From NCBI GenBank assembly GCA_049325335.1, contig JBMOMC010000006.1, positions 126,666 through 190,665 on the forward strand: a stretch of 64,000 bases of DNA. Reading direction: 5' to 3'. Below the pieces are notes generated by a model. It ran no database searches. It was not told where the DNA came from and saw only the letters and a list, made by a program, of their open reading frames with translations. The position numbers were made by a program, and so were the translations under genes. Positions 7,623-18,036 of this stretch are shown one piece after another. Origin of the DNA: Nitrospirota bacterium (GTDB lineage Bacteria; Nitrospirota; Nitrospiria; 2-01-FULL-66-17). Numbering within the stretch: position 1 is the first letter of the stretch; every line of letters begins with the position of its first letter.

Positions 7623-9528
7623 TCTTCATCCCGGGCTGCACGGGTTCGACGTAGGCGAGCAACGCCGTCACCTCTTTATCGCCCGCGGCCAGGATCATGC
7701 CTTGGGATTCGATGCCCATGAGTTTGGCGGGTTTGAGGTTGGCCACTACCGCGACCAAACGGCCGATCAATGCGTCGGGCTCGTACTTGGTGCCGATGCC
7801 CGCGACGATCTGTCGCGTCTCGGTTCCCAGATCCACTTGGAGCTTGAGGAGTTTCGAGGATTTGGGCACGCGTTCGGCCGCGAGGATTTTACCCACGCGC
7901 AATTCGACCTTGGCGAACTCGTCGATGCTGATCTGAACGGGCTGCGGCGCGGGAGTCGGCGCGGCAGCCTGAACCGGTTGGTCGGCCGCCGGCGCGGCAA
8001 CAGGTGGTGTTTCGGACACGGAGGTTCTCCTGGGAAATAACGCTGGTGGTTTCAAGATCTGCTGGCCTTTGGCGAGATAGCCCCATGCGACGGGCCCGCA
8101 ATCCTGGGTCTTCGACAACCCCAGGCTGTCCGCAATAGCGAGCGCCGTGGCGGGCATGAACGGGGAGATCAATCGGGCCACGTGGCGGAGGGTTTCCGCC
8201 AGCGCGTACAACACGTCGTCGAGCCGGACGCGCTGGGCCGGATCTTTCGCCAGGCTCCATGGGGCGGATGACTCGATGTAGCGGTTGGCGCGATCGATGA
8301 CCAGCCAGATTTCCTGCAACGCGCGATGGAATTGGAACGCAGCCAGCGAGGCGTCCACCTCGCGGTGGGCCGCGGCCGTCAGTTCCTCGAACCCGTCGTC
8401 CGGGCCTTGCGCGGGCAGGCGCCCCCCGGCGTAGCGCTCGATCATGGTGAGGGTGCGGCTCACCAGATTGCCGAGGTCGTTGGCCAGATCGCTGTTGTAA
8501 CGGCTCACGAGCGCGTCGCGCGAAAAATCGCCGTCCTGTCCGAACGGGACTTCGCGCAGCACGAAATACCGGAACGGGTCCACGCCGAACTCGCCCGCCA
8601 CCGTGCCGGGGTCCACCACGTTGCCGCGGCTTTTGGACATTTTCTCGCCGTCCACCGTCCACCACCCGTGCGCGAAAATCGTCCGGGGCAGCGGAAGGTC
8701 GAGCGCCATGAGCAGGGTGGACCAGTAGACCGCATGCGTCGTCAAAATGTCCTTGCCGACCAAGTGCACGGTCGCAGGCCACCACCGGTCGAATCGCGCG
8801 GTGTCGGTCGCGTAGCCGGGGATCGAAATGTAGTTGACCAACGCGTCCACCCACACGTAGGTGACGAACGCGTCGTCGAAGGGAAACGGTACGCCCCACG
8901 GCAGCCGCGCTTTGGGGCGCGAGATGCACAGGTCGTTGAGTGGTTGCGCCAGGAATCCCAACACTTCGTTGCGGCGGCTTTCCGGGCGGATGAAATCCCG
9001 GTGGGTCTCGACGTGCTGAAGCAGGCGCCGCTGATAGTGGCTCATTCGGAAAAAGTAGTTGGTTTCGGCGAGCCGCTCCACTGGACGCCGGCATTCGGGA
9101 CATAAGCCGTCCACCACTTCGTCGTCGGCCCAGAAGCGCTCATCGGGGAGGCAGTACCATCCTTGATAGGTCTGCTGATACAACTCGCCGCGGTCGCGAA
9201 GCCGCGTGAGCACGTCTTGCACCACCGTGGTGTGGCGCGCCTGCGTGGTGCGCACAAAGTCGTCGTGGGAGATATCGAGCCGCTTCCAGAGCTCCTGGAA
9301 CCGCACGACCAATTCGTCCACGTGCTGCTGCGGAGGCACGCCGCGTCTGGTCGCGGCCTGGTGGACTTTTTGTCCGTGCTCGTCGGTGCCGGTGAGAAAG
9401 AACACGTCGTCCCCGCGTAAGCGGTGGTGTCGCGCTAAGACGTCGGCGGCGATGGTGGTGTAGGCGTGCCCGATGTGGGGAACGTCGTTCACATAATAGA
9501 TCGGGGTGGTGATGTAGTAGGCCGTCAC
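7615..9528 (-). CDS. metG: Methionine--tRNA ligase with C-terminal tRNA-binding domain
   Basis: YYITTPIYYVN, HIGH and KMSKS motifs; C-terminal Trbp111 domain; GTG start at 9528. Confidence 0.97.
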   Translation of the reverse strand: MTAYYITTPIYYVNDVPHIGHAYTTIAADVLARHHRLRGDDVFFLTGTDEHGQKVHQAATRRGVPPQQHVDELVVRFQELWKRLDISHDDFVRTTQARHTTVVQDVLTRLRDRGELYQQTYQGWYCLPDERFWADDEVVDGLCPECRRPVERLAETNYFFRMSHYQRRLLQHVETHRDFIRPESRRNEVLGFLAQPLNDLCISRPKARLPWGVPFPFDDAFVTYVWVDALVNYISIPGYATDTARFDRWWPATVHLVGKDILTTHAVYWSTLLMALDLPLPRTIFAHGWWTVDGEKMSKSRGNVVDPGTVAGEFGVDPFRYFVLREVPFGQDGDFSRDALVSRYNSDLANDLGNLVSRTLTMIERYAGGRLPAQGPDDGFEELTAAAHREVDASLAAFQFHRALQEIWLVIDRANRYIESSAPWSLAKDPAQRVRLDDVLYALAETLRHVARLISPFMPATALAIADSLGLSKTQDCGPVAWGYLAKGQQILKPPALFPRRTSVSETPPVAAPAADQPVQAAAPTPAPQPVQISIDEFAKVELRVGKILAAERVPKSSKLLKLQVDLGTETRQIVAGIGTKYEPDALIGRLVAVVANLKPAKLMGIESQGMILAAGDKEVTALLAYVEPVQPGMKIK

Positions 9529-9552
9529 GCCAGCTCGTTCAAAAGGCCAACT

Positions 9553-9631
9553 GCGGGCGTATGCCATACGCCCCTACAACGGCAAAGGCATCCGATCGGA
9601 TGTGTGTAGGGGCGCACGGCCGTGCGCCCGC
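9553..9631. repeat. REP doublet (REPIN-like), GTAG family
   Basis: GTAGGGGCGTATGGCATACGCCC (minus, 9555-9577) and GTAGGGGCGCACGGCCGTGCGCCC (plus, 9606-9629) flank an inner palindrome CATCCGATCGGATG. Confidence 0.8.
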
Positions 9632-9660
9632 GGTGAACCGTCGTTGTGTTGCTCCCGGTT

Positions 9661-10347
9661 TCATGTCTGAAGTTGCACGAGCTTTGGCTGCTTCGGCTCC
9701 GGGCCGTAGTACTCGTAGGCCAAGCAGCATTTGAGACGGCCGCAGGAGCCGAGGAGTTGGGAATTGTTGACCGGGAGGTTTTGGGCCTTGACCATTTTGG
9801 TGGTCACGGGGTGGAACTTGGTCAGAAAGAGCGAGCAACACAGTTGCAGTCCGCAGGAGCCGACGCCGCCGAGCAGTCCGGCTTCGTCGCGCACGCCGAT
9901 CTGTTTCATTTCGATGCGCGCGCGGAACTTGCCCGCCAGGTCCTTGACCAGGGCGCGAAAATCCACGCGCTGTTCGGCGGAAAATGACACGATCACCTTG
10001 CTCCGATCGAACAGCACTTCCACGTCGGAGAGCCGCATGTCCAGACGGTGTCCGGCGATCCCTTCGCGGCAGGCGTCGCGGATCTGCTGCGCGCGGGTCC
10101 GGCATTCCTGGATCCGTTCCACGTCGCGGTCCGTGGCCTTGCGCACGATGGGCCGAAGGGCCGACCCCCCGTTGAATTGCGGGAGCAACGGCCGCGACGG
10201 CAAGAACACCCGCGCGGGTGTGAGCCGTTCGGTCTTAACCAGCACCCAGTCGCCGCGTTCCAGGTCGAAGTCGGTGGGGTTGTAATAGTAGGTTTTGCCC
10301 TGGTCCCAGATTTTGACCGCAACGGTTTTTTTTAATGGCGCGTTCAT
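9661..10347 (-). CDS. ricT: PSP1/RicT-family Fe-S regulatory protein
   Basis: VDFRALVKDLA..RIEMKQIGVRDEA, GSCGLQLCC and GSCGRLKCCLAYE; usual position between holB and metG. Confidence 0.9.
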   Translation of the reverse strand: MNAPLKKTVAVKIWDQGKTYYYNPTDFDLERGDWVLVKTERLTPARVFLPSRPLLPQFNGGSALRPIVRKATDRDVERIQECRTRAQQIRDACREGIAGHRLDMRLSDVEVLFDRSKVIVSFSAEQRVDFRALVKDLAGKFRARIEMKQIGVRDEAGLLGGVGSCGLQLCCSLFLTKFHPVTTKMVKAQNLPVNNSQLLGSCGRLKCCLAYEYYGPEPKQPKLVQLQT

Positions 10348-11384
10348 CGAGTCCGTTCCATCGCAGGCCCCGACGGCCCCACGCGAAGTGAGAGATTGAG
10401 CAGCGCGACCTCCGCGGCCAACTGCGGATTCAGGTTGCGGGTGGTCGCCAACCAGAGCGCGTGCAGGCCGGACGCGGCCTCCAACACCTCGTCCACGGTT
10501 AAACGGTTTGCCCACCACGCGAGGTCCTCCCGGCGGTGGGCGTTGAGGACGCGCGCGGGGTCGCCGGCGGCCTGCCACGCGAGCACGTCGCGCAGCCAGA
10601 GCGTCAGCCACGCGAGCAATGCACGGAGGGCGTCTTGATCCTTGCCCACGCGTTCCGCCACGTCCAACACGCGCGGCGGCGCCGCGATCACGGCGGGATC
10701 GCCCAGGTCGTCGAACGCCACGGCTGCGTCGGTGTCGTGGCCGGCCGCGCGCACCGCGGGGCCGACACGACCTTGCGCGACGGCCAGGATGCGTCGGGCG
10801 TCATCGGGCGTTGCGCCGAGCGCGCCGGTTAAATGGCCCAGCACCGCCTCGGGCGGAGGGGCCGCGCAGCGGATCACTTGGCAACGCGAAAGGATCGTGG
10901 GCAGCAGCCGATCTCGTTGGGCCGTTACCAGCAGAAATATCGCGTGGCCCGGGGGTTCCTCCAGAATCTTGAGCAGCCCATTGGACGATTCTGCGTTCAG
11001 CCGTGCGGCCTCGGGAACGAGCACGACGCGGCGCGCGGCGGTCAGCGGTCGGTACGGGAGTTCGGCTTGCAAGCGGCGGACTTGGTCGATCGTGACCACC
11101 GACGCGTCCTCGGGTTCCAGCGTGAAGAGATCAGGGTGCCCGGCCGCGTCGTGTTGGCGGCACGACCGGCACGCGCCGCACGGCTCCATGTCCGCGGTCC
11201 CGCCCACCGGCGCCTCGCACTGGATCAGGCGCGCCCAGATCACTGCGAGCGTGCGCTTGCCGATATCAGACTCGCCCACGAACAGGTACGCGGAGCCGAG
11301 CCGGTTCGCGGCGACCGCGGAACGCAACCGCGCGATGACCGGGCCGTGGCCGATCAGTTCGGCAAATCGGGTGGGCGCGTTCAT
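10344..11384 (-). CDS. holB: DNA polymerase III delta' subunit
   Basis: AYLFVG..IGK, PCGACRSC, HPD, NGLLKILEEPP and LPTILSRC. Confidence 0.93.
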   Translation of the reverse strand: MNAPTRFAELIGHGPVIARLRSAVAANRLGSAYLFVGESDIGKRTLAVIWARLIQCEAPVGGTADMEPCGACRSCRQHDAAGHPDLFTLEPEDASVVTIDQVRRLQAELPYRPLTAARRVVLVPEAARLNAESSNGLLKILEEPPGHAIFLLVTAQRDRLLPTILSRCQVIRCAAPPPEAVLGHLTGALGATPDDARRILAVAQGRVGPAVRAAGHDTDAAVAFDDLGDPAVIAAPPRVLDVAERVGKDQDALRALLAWLTLWLRDVLAWQAAGDPARVLNAHRREDLAWWANRLTVDEVLEAASGLHALWLATTRNLNPQLAAEVALLNLSLRVGPSGPAMERTR

Positions 11385-12055
11385 GAGCAGCCTCCGGCCG
11401 TTGCGGCGATACAGAGCGGTTCAGCCGCGGTCCAGATGGCCCGACGGACCTCGTCGAGCGACCGGCGCGCGTCCACGATCGCGAATCGGTCCGGCGCGGC
11501 TGCGGCGAGGGTGAGGTACCCCTCGCGCACGCGGCGGTGGAACGCCACGGTTTCGCCGTCGAGGCGATTCGGGTCCCGCCGTTCCCGCACGCGCAACAAC
11601 CCATCCTCTACGGGGATGTCCAACAGGATCACGAGGTCGGGTTCGATGCCGCCCGCGGCGAATCGGGTCAGGGCGGCGACCGCATCGAGGGGCAGGCCGC
11701 GTCCGTAGGCCTGGTAGGCCAAGGTGGCCTCCGTGAATCGGTCGCACAAGACCAACGCGCCGCGTTCCAGCGCGGGCCGGATCACGCGGTCCACGTGTTC
11801 GGCGCGGCTCGCCAGATACAACAAGAGCTCGGCGCGGGCCGACATCCCGGCAAAGGCGTGATCGAGCACCACGCCCCGGATCACCTCGCTCAGCGGAGTC
11901 CCGCCGGGTTCGCGCGTGGTGATCGTGGCAATGCCGCGATCCGTCAACGCGGCGGCGAGCGCGGCGAGTTGCGTGGACTTGCCGCTGCCGTCCACGCCTT
12001 CAAACGTGATGAAGCGGCCGGGGCGCGACTTCGCGGCTCGTGACGGGCCGGTCAT
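11381..12055 (-). CDS. tmk: Thymidylate kinase
   Basis: FITFEGVDGSGKST, TREPGGT, LCDRF and AYQ. Confidence 0.96.
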   Translation of the reverse strand: MTGPSRAAKSRPGRFITFEGVDGSGKSTQLAALAAALTDRGIATITTREPGGTPLSEVIRGVVLDHAFAGMSARAELLLYLASRAEHVDRVIRPALERGALVLCDRFTEATLAYQAYGRGLPLDAVAALTRFAAGGIEPDLVILLDIPVEDGLLRVRERRDPNRLDGETVAFHRRVREGYLTLAAAAPDRFAIVDARRSLDEVRRAIWTAAEPLCIAATAGGCS

Positions 12056-13863
12056 GCCGCGGACAACGCGATCTGCGTGACGCCGGTGGCGGCCGCCACC
12101 GGCGTGTTGGTCAGGAGAACAATTTGACGATCTCCCGCGGCGGCGGCCAACACGGCGACCAACGCCGCGCGTCCCTCCGGATCAAGGCCGGACAGCGGGT
12201 CATCCAGAATCAACGGCAGGCCCAGCCCCGCGCGCCGTGCGGTCCACGCGCCCAGGACCACGGCCAGTCGGACGGCGAGCACTTCGCCGGAGCTGAGCGC
12301 GTCGAGGGGCGTCTGGTCGGACGATCCGCGTCGCATGACGCAGACCGTCCCGTCCCGTTCGCACACGGCGGTGATGCGCCCGTCGGATAAGGCGGCCACG
12401 TACCGATCGATCTCGGCCGCGTGTTCGCGCAACGGCGCGAATCCGCCGCCGTCGCTCGGCGCCGGTTGTGCGGACGGCGGGATGAGCGCGGGGGCGGCAT
12501 CCAGTTCCCGCGTGATGAGCCGGATGGCGTCGCGGAGGCTTTCGACGTCCGCGTCCTCGCCGTCGCCGCGAATCAACGTGTCGGCGGCGGTCTTGGCGGT
12601 CCGCCACTCGGTCTCCAGGTCCGCGCGGGACTTGCCGCCCAAGACCGCGGCTTCTTCTCGGTCGAACGCCTGCACCCCGGCCGCCCATTCCTTGGCCGCG
12701 CGGCGATGGGCCTTGAACGTCTCGGCGTCGGCGGATTTGGTCTGCGCGATGAGGGCCATCAACGCGGCGTAGGGTTTCTTGAGGCGGTCGTCGAGTTTAG
12801 CGGTCTTCTTGCGGACATCGGCCAACGCGGACTCCGCCGCGCGCCTGGCGGCCTGACGCCGGAAATCCATGACCAACGAGGCGACCAAGAGGCCTAACCC
12901 CGCGACCAAGCCGACCAAGTAGACGGCGCGGTACCACCCCGACAGCGGCACGAACAACGCGATGACAAACGAGAGCCCGGTGACGCCCGCGCCGGCCTGG
13001 AACATCGGCGCTTTCAGGAAGGGCGTGCCTCCGGACTCCTCGACGCGGGCGACCAGTTCGGAAGCCTGTTCGGCCAACGCGGTCCGTTCCTGCTCGACCG
13101 CGGGAACGGCTTTCAGGTAGGCCTCGATCAACGCATCGAGGTTCTCCGGACCTTGGAGAAACGGCTGCATCTCGTCCGCGCGCGCGGCCGCGTCTTTCCG
13201 GCGCGCATCGAGCGCGTCCAGCGCGGCGAGCTTCTTGCGTAATTCGGTCTCGCGCGCCGTGGCCGCGGCCCGTTTGTCGGCGGATTCAGCGGCTTGTTCC
13301 GCGCGCGACAAGCGGCCGTGCAGCTCCGCCAGCCGCGAGACCTTGGCCGCGCGTTCCTCCGGAGAGAGGGCCGCGGCAACCGGCTGCAGCGGCGACGCGT
13401 CATCGCCGCGCCACGAGGGGGCCTCGGCGGCCGCGCTCATGGGAAGTGGGGATCGGGGCGACCAGACCGATGCGGAATGCGCTTGGGCCAAGGTCAGCCC
13501 GCCGCACTCGGCGTTCCACGGAGCGTCGGAGGCGTCCGCCTCGACCGGCGCGAACGCGCGCGACCCGAAATCCCATTTGAGCGTCTGCGTCATGCCTTTG
13601 CCGAAATCTCGAATCACGCGATAAATTTCTCCGCTCCGCGCTTTCACGGTGACCGCGGCCTGCGAGGCCTCTCCGGCGGGGCCGGGCGGCAACGTGAGCG
13701 TGTCCGGCGGCGCCCCGAACAGCAGTACCTCGAGACAGTCGACCAACGTGGTTTTGCCCGCTCCCGTCCGTCCTGAGATGACGTTCAGCCCGGGTTTTAA
13801 GGGCAATTTGGTCACCTGGCGGAAGGAGCGAACCCCCAGGCAGGCGAGCTCGATGATGATCAT
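12052..13863 (-). CDS. SMC/Rad50-like (YhaN-type) ABC ATPase with coiled coil and two central TM helices
   Basis: Walker A GRTGAGKT, signature LSSGE and Walker B LILDD; hydrophobic hairpin in the middle of the protein. Confidence 0.8.
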   Translation of the reverse strand: MIIIELACLGVRSFRQVTKLPLKPGLNVISGRTGAGKTTLVDCLEVLLFGAPPDTLTLPPGPAGEASQAAVTVKARSGEIYRVIRDFGKGMTQTLKWDFGSRAFAPVEADASDAPWNAECGGLTLAQAHSASVWSPRSPLPMSAAAEAPSWRGDDASPLQPVAAALSPEERAAKVSRLAELHGRLSRAEQAAESADKRAAATARETELRKKLAALDALDARRKDAAARADEMQPFLQGPENLDALIEAYLKAVPAVEQERTALAEQASELVARVEESGGTPFLKAPMFQAGAGVTGLSFVIALFVPLSGWYRAVYLVGLVAGLGLLVASLVMDFRRQAARRAAESALADVRKKTAKLDDRLKKPYAALMALIAQTKSADAETFKAHRRAAKEWAAGVQAFDREEAAVLGGKSRADLETEWRTAKTAADTLIRGDGEDADVESLRDAIRLITRELDAAPALIPPSAQPAPSDGGGFAPLREHAAEIDRYVAALSDGRITAVCERDGTVCVMRRGSSDQTPLDALSSGEVLAVRLAVVLGAWTARRAGLGLPLILDDPLSGLDPEGRAALVAVLAAAAGDRQIVLLTNTPVAAATGVTQIALSAA

Positions 13864-14016
13864 TCGGTCGGGTCGGCGTGGGTCCGCACGCGCGGCATCC
13901 TACGTCACTCGGCGGAAAATTGCAAACCGCGGGCGCGGCGGATAAGTTCTTGCATCACGTTGAAAAACTTAGTAGAGTGGTCGCGCGTTTCGCGCGGCCG
14001 TTCGTTCGATCGACGC

Positions 14017-14682
14017 GTGTGCTCGACGGTCGAACGCGGCGTCGGCGGAGGGATCGGCATCCAGAATCGACTGAAACGATATTTTGTCACGGGCCTGCTG
14101 GTCGTCACTCCGCTCTGGGGGACGTACCTGATCCTGAAAGCCTTGTTCCTCTCCCTGGAAGGCGTGTTGGGAAATCTCCTCGCGTCGCACACGCAGTTCT
14201 ACATCCCGGGGCTGGGAATCGTGGTGCTCGCCGTGATGTTGTTGGTGGTGGGGATGTTGGCCACCAACATCTTCGGTCGCAAACTCGTGCAGGCGTGGGA
14301 AAATCTGCTCAAGCGCGTGCCGGTGGTCAAAACGATCTACCAGGTCCTCAAGGCCGTGATGGACACGTTTTCGATCCATAACCGGGAGCAATTCAGCCGG
14401 GTGGTTCTCGTGGAGTTTCCGCGTAAAGGCCAATACTCGATCGCGTTCGTGACCGGGATCACCCGGGGTGAGATCCAGCGGATCACACCCGAACGTTTGG
14501 TCAACGTGTACGTGCCCACCACGCCGAATCCGACGTCGGGATACTTCCTGTTTGTCCCGGAACCCGAGATCATTCCGCTCTCCATGAGCGTGGAGGACGG
14601 GATGAAGATGATCATCTCCGGCGGGATGTACACGCCGGCGAGCGGCGATGAGCCGGCGCCGTCCGGAGCGCCCGCGCGATGA
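14017..14682 (+). CDS. DUF502 membrane protein (start uncertain)
   Basis: LKRYFVTGLLVV, VVLVEFPR and VYVPTTPNPTSGY. Confidence 0.88.
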   Translation: MCSTVERGVGGGIGIQNRLKRYFVTGLLVVTPLWGTYLILKALFLSLEGVLGNLLASHTQFYIPGLGIVVLAVMLLVVGMLATNIFGRKLVQAWENLLKRVPVVKTIYQVLKAVMDTFSIHNREQFSRVVLVEFPRKGQYSIAFVTGITRGEIQRITPERLVNVYVPTTPNPTSGYFLFVPEPEIIPLSMSVEDGMKMIISGGMYTPASGDEPAPSGAPAR

Positions 14683-16142
14683 CGACACGGCGCGCGGATC
14701 TGGCCGTGATCGTCATGGCAGCGGGACACGGCAAACGCATGAAGTCCGCGTTGCCCAAGGTGTTGCACCCGGTGGGCGGGCGGCCCATGGTGGAGTATCC
14801 GCTGCGTGCGGCCGAGGCGCTGGGCGCTGCGCGCGTGGCGGTCGTGGTGGGCCACGGGGGCGACGCGGTGGCGGAATTCATCGGCAACCGCGCGTTGATC
14901 GCGCGCCAGGACCCGCCGCGCGGCACCGGCGACGCGGTGCGGTGCGCGTTGGCGCGGATGCCCGAGTTCGCGGGGACCGTGGTGGTGCTCAGCGGGGACA
15001 CGCCGCTGGTGCGGCCGGAGACTGTGCAACGGCTGTTGACCCGGCACCGCGACGCGGGCGCGGCCGTAACGCTGGCGACCATGCGGCTCGATAACCCCGC
15101 GGGGTACGGCCGCGTGTTGATGGGCGCGGAGGGCCGCGTGGCCGGCGTGGTCGAGGAGCGCGACGCGACGCACGATCAACGGGCCATTCGCGACGTCAAC
15201 GCCGGGTTGTACGCGCTGGAGGCCGAGTTTTTGCGCGGCGCGCTGGATGCGCTCAAACCGGACAACGCGCAGGGCGAGTATTATCTCCCGGACGTGATTG
15301 CTCCGGCGGTCGAGCGTGGCTTGGCCGTGCGCGGGGAGCCGGTCGATCCCGAAGAGGTGTCGGGCGTGAATACCCGATCGGAATTGGCGGGCGTGGAATC
15401 CGTGATGCGCGAGCGCATCCGGCAACGCTGGATGGCCGAGGGGGTGACCTTGCTCGATCCCGCGCGGATTTGGATCGACGACGCGGTTGTGATCGGATCG
15501 GACACCGTGATCGCGCCAGGGGCCTGGATCGAAGGCGACACCGTGGTGGGATCGGGCTGCCGCATCGGTCCGTCGAGCCACATCACGCACAGTCGGCTCG
15601 GGAACGGCGTCACGGTCAAGGACGGCTGTGTGATCGACGAGGCGGTGATCGAAGACCACGCTACGATCGGCCCGTTCGCGCACTTGCGGCCCGGCACGGT
15701 CCTGCGGCGCGACGCGCGCGTGGGCAACTTCGTGGAACTGAAGATGGCGGACCTGGGCCCCGGCTCCAAGGCGAACCATTTGAGTTATTTGGGGGACGCG
15801 GTGATCGGCGCGGGGGTGAATATCGGCGCCGGCACCATCACGTGCAACTACGACGGGGTGAAGAAGTCGCGCACCGTGATCGAAAACAACGTGTTTATCG
15901 GCAGCGACAGCCAACTGGTGGCGCCGGTCACGGTGGGCAAGGGCGCGATCGTGGCGGCCGGCACCACGGTGACCCAGGACGTGCCGCCGGACGCCTTGGT
16001 CATCGGCCGCGTGCGGCAGCTCGTCAAAAAAGGATGGGCCTCGGCCCTGCGGGCGACGACGCCCGCGCGGACGACAAAAACGAAGCCATCCGGTTCGAGC
16101 AAACCGAAGGCGCGGGCTCGAAGGACCAGCAAGAAACGGTAA
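14679..16142 (+). CDS. glmU: Bifunctional GlcNAc-1-P uridyltransferase/acetyltransferase
   Basis: MAAGHGKRMKSALPKVLH, hexapeptide repeats and NYDG. Confidence 0.97.
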   Translation: MTTRRADLAVIVMAAGHGKRMKSALPKVLHPVGGRPMVEYPLRAAEALGAARVAVVVGHGGDAVAEFIGNRALIARQDPPRGTGDAVRCALARMPEFAGTVVVLSGDTPLVRPETVQRLLTRHRDAGAAVTLATMRLDNPAGYGRVLMGAEGRVAGVVEERDATHDQRAIRDVNAGLYALEAEFLRGALDALKPDNAQGEYYLPDVIAPAVERGLAVRGEPVDPEEVSGVNTRSELAGVESVMRERIRQRWMAEGVTLLDPARIWIDDAVVIGSDTVIAPGAWIEGDTVVGSGCRIGPSSHITHSRLGNGVTVKDGCVIDEAVIEDHATIGPFAHLRPGTVLRRDARVGNFVELKMADLGPGSKANHLSYLGDAVIGAGVNIGAGTITCNYDGVKKSRTVIENNVFIGSDSQLVAPVTVGKGAIVAAGTTVTQDVPPDALVIGRVRQLVKKGWASALRATTPARTTKTKPSGSSKPKARARRTSKKR

Positions 16143-16163
16143 TCCCGGAAAGGCGGACACGGT

Positions 16164-17996
16164 ATGTGCGGTGTGATCGGGTACGTGGGCAAACAACCGG
16201 CGGTGCCCATTTTGATCGACGGACTCAAACGACTGGAATATCGCGGGTACGATTCCGCGGGCGTGGCGTTTCTCGAACACGGCGCGCTCCAGGTGCGGCG
16301 CGCGGTGGGCAAACTCGCGAGCCTGGAGTCGGTGATCGCAGGGGAACGGTACGGTGCCACCATCGGGATCGGCCACACGCGATGGGCCACGCACGGCCGG
16401 CCGTCGGAGGAAAACGCGCACCCGCACCGCGCGGGCCGGGTGGTGGTCATCCACAACGGAATCATCGAGAACTACTTGCCGCTCAAGCGCGAACTCGCGG
16501 CCGCGGGCCGGACGTTCCGGTCCGAGACCGACACGGAGATCATCGCGCACCTGATCGACAGCGAAATGGCCAAGGGCCTCTCGTTGGAACCCGCGTTTCG
16601 CGCCGCGCTCACCCGATTGAAGGGCGCGTATGCGGTGGTGGCGATGGCGGAACACGAGCCGAACGTGCTGGTGGCGGCGCGGCACGGGTGCCCGCTGATC
16701 GTTGGGGTGGGCGACGGCGAGCAGTTCGTGGCGTCCGACGTGCCCGCGATCCTGTCGCACACGCGGTCCGTGGTGTTTTTGGACGACGGCGACGTGGTGG
16801 TTGCGTCCGCCGGTCGCGTGGCGATCAGCGACGTGCAGGGCCGGCCGCGCGAGCGGCAGCCGGTGCAGATTTCTTGGAGCCCGGCCATGGCGGAGAAGGG
16901 CGGGTACAAGCATTTTATGCTCAAAGAAATCCACGAGCAACCGCAGGCGCTCATCAACACGATCCAGGGACGGCTCTCGCTCGAAACCGGGGAGGTCAAC
17001 CTGGAGGAGTTGGGCGTGCCGGCCGACGCGTTGCGCGCCGCGACCAAGGTGACAATTGCGGCCTGCGGCACGTCGTGGCACGCGGGGCTGGTCGGCAAGT
17101 TCCTGATCGAGGAACTCGCGCGGGTGCCGGTTGAAGTGGATATCGCGTCCGAATACCGCTACCGCGGACCGATCGTCTCGCCCACCGACGTGGTGGTCGG
17201 GATTTCGCAATCCGGCGAAACCGCGGACACCTTGGGCGCCTTGCGCGAAGCCAAGGCGCGGGGCGCCCGCACATTGGCCCTCTGCAACGTGGTGGGCAGC
17301 ACCATCGCGCGCGAGGCCGACGGGGTGTTGTACACGCACGCCGGGCCGGAGATCGGGGTGGCGTCCACCAAGGCGTTCGTATGCCAATTGGCGGGCATGA
17401 TTTTGTTGGCATTGGCGTTCGGGCAAGCCAAGGGGCGGCTCGATGTTGCGACCCGCAAGCGGTTGGCCGACGCGTTGTTCGAATTGCCGGGTCGGGTCGA
17501 GGGGTGGTTGCACCATTCGGCCAAAACCGTGGCGGACGTGGCGCGCCGGTTCTCGGGACGCAGCGATTTTCTGTATTTGGGGCGAGGGATTCAGTACCCC
17601 ATCGCGCTGGAGGGCGCGCTCAAACTCAAGGAAATCTCGTACATCCACGCGGAGGGGTATCCCGCGGGGGAAATGAAACACGGGCCGATCGCGCTCATCG
17701 ACGAGAAGTTGCCCGTCGTGATGCTCGCGATGCGCGACGCAGCCTACGATAAGAGCGTGAACGGGCTGATGGAGGTCAAGGCGCGCGAAGGCCAGGTCAT
17801 CGCGATCCTGACCGAGGGTGACGAGGATACCGCGGCCAAGGCCGATGCCGCGATCAGCGTGCCCGCGCTCGACCCCTTGGTGATGCCGATCATGGCGGTG
17901 GTGCCGCTGCAGTTGCTCGCGTACCACATCGCGGTGCTGCGCGGCAGCGACGTGGACCAACCCAGAAACTTGGCCAAGAGCGTGACCGTCGAATAA
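16164..17996 (+). CDS. glmS: Glutamine--fructose-6-P aminotransferase
   Basis: MCG N-terminus, GHTRWATHG and PRNLAKSVTVE. Confidence 0.98.
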   Translation: MCGVIGYVGKQPAVPILIDGLKRLEYRGYDSAGVAFLEHGALQVRRAVGKLASLESVIAGERYGATIGIGHTRWATHGRPSEENAHPHRAGRVVVIHNGIIENYLPLKRELAAAGRTFRSETDTEIIAHLIDSEMAKGLSLEPAFRAALTRLKGAYAVVAMAEHEPNVLVAARHGCPLIVGVGDGEQFVASDVPAILSHTRSVVFLDDGDVVVASAGRVAISDVQGRPRERQPVQISWSPAMAEKGGYKHFMLKEIHEQPQALINTIQGRLSLETGEVNLEELGVPADALRAATKVTIAACGTSWHAGLVGKFLIEELARVPVEVDIASEYRYRGPIVSPTDVVVGISQSGETADTLGALREAKARGARTLALCNVVGSTIAREADGVLYTHAGPEIGVASTKAFVCQLAGMILLALAFGQAKGRLDVATRKRLADALFELPGRVEGWLHHSAKTVADVARRFSGRSDFLYLGRGIQYPIALEGALKLKEISYIHAEGYPAGEMKHGPIALIDEKLPVVMLAMRDAAYDKSVNGLMEVKAREGQVIAILTEGDEDTAAKADAAISVPALDPLVMPIMAVVPLQLLAYHIAVLRGSDVDQPRNLAKSVTVE

Positions 17997-17998
17997 TC

Positions 17999-18021
17999 GT
18001 AGGGGCGCACGGCGTGCGCCC
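17999..18021 (+). repeat. REP palindrome, GTAG family
   Basis: GTAGGGGCGCACGGCGTGCGCCC between glmS and pcrA. Confidence 0.8.
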
Positions 18022-18036
18022 TTGCCCGAGGACCGA

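Noticed and set aside
16143-16163. glmS ribozyme
   Set aside because: Only 21 nt separate glmU and glmS, leaving no room for the ribozyme.
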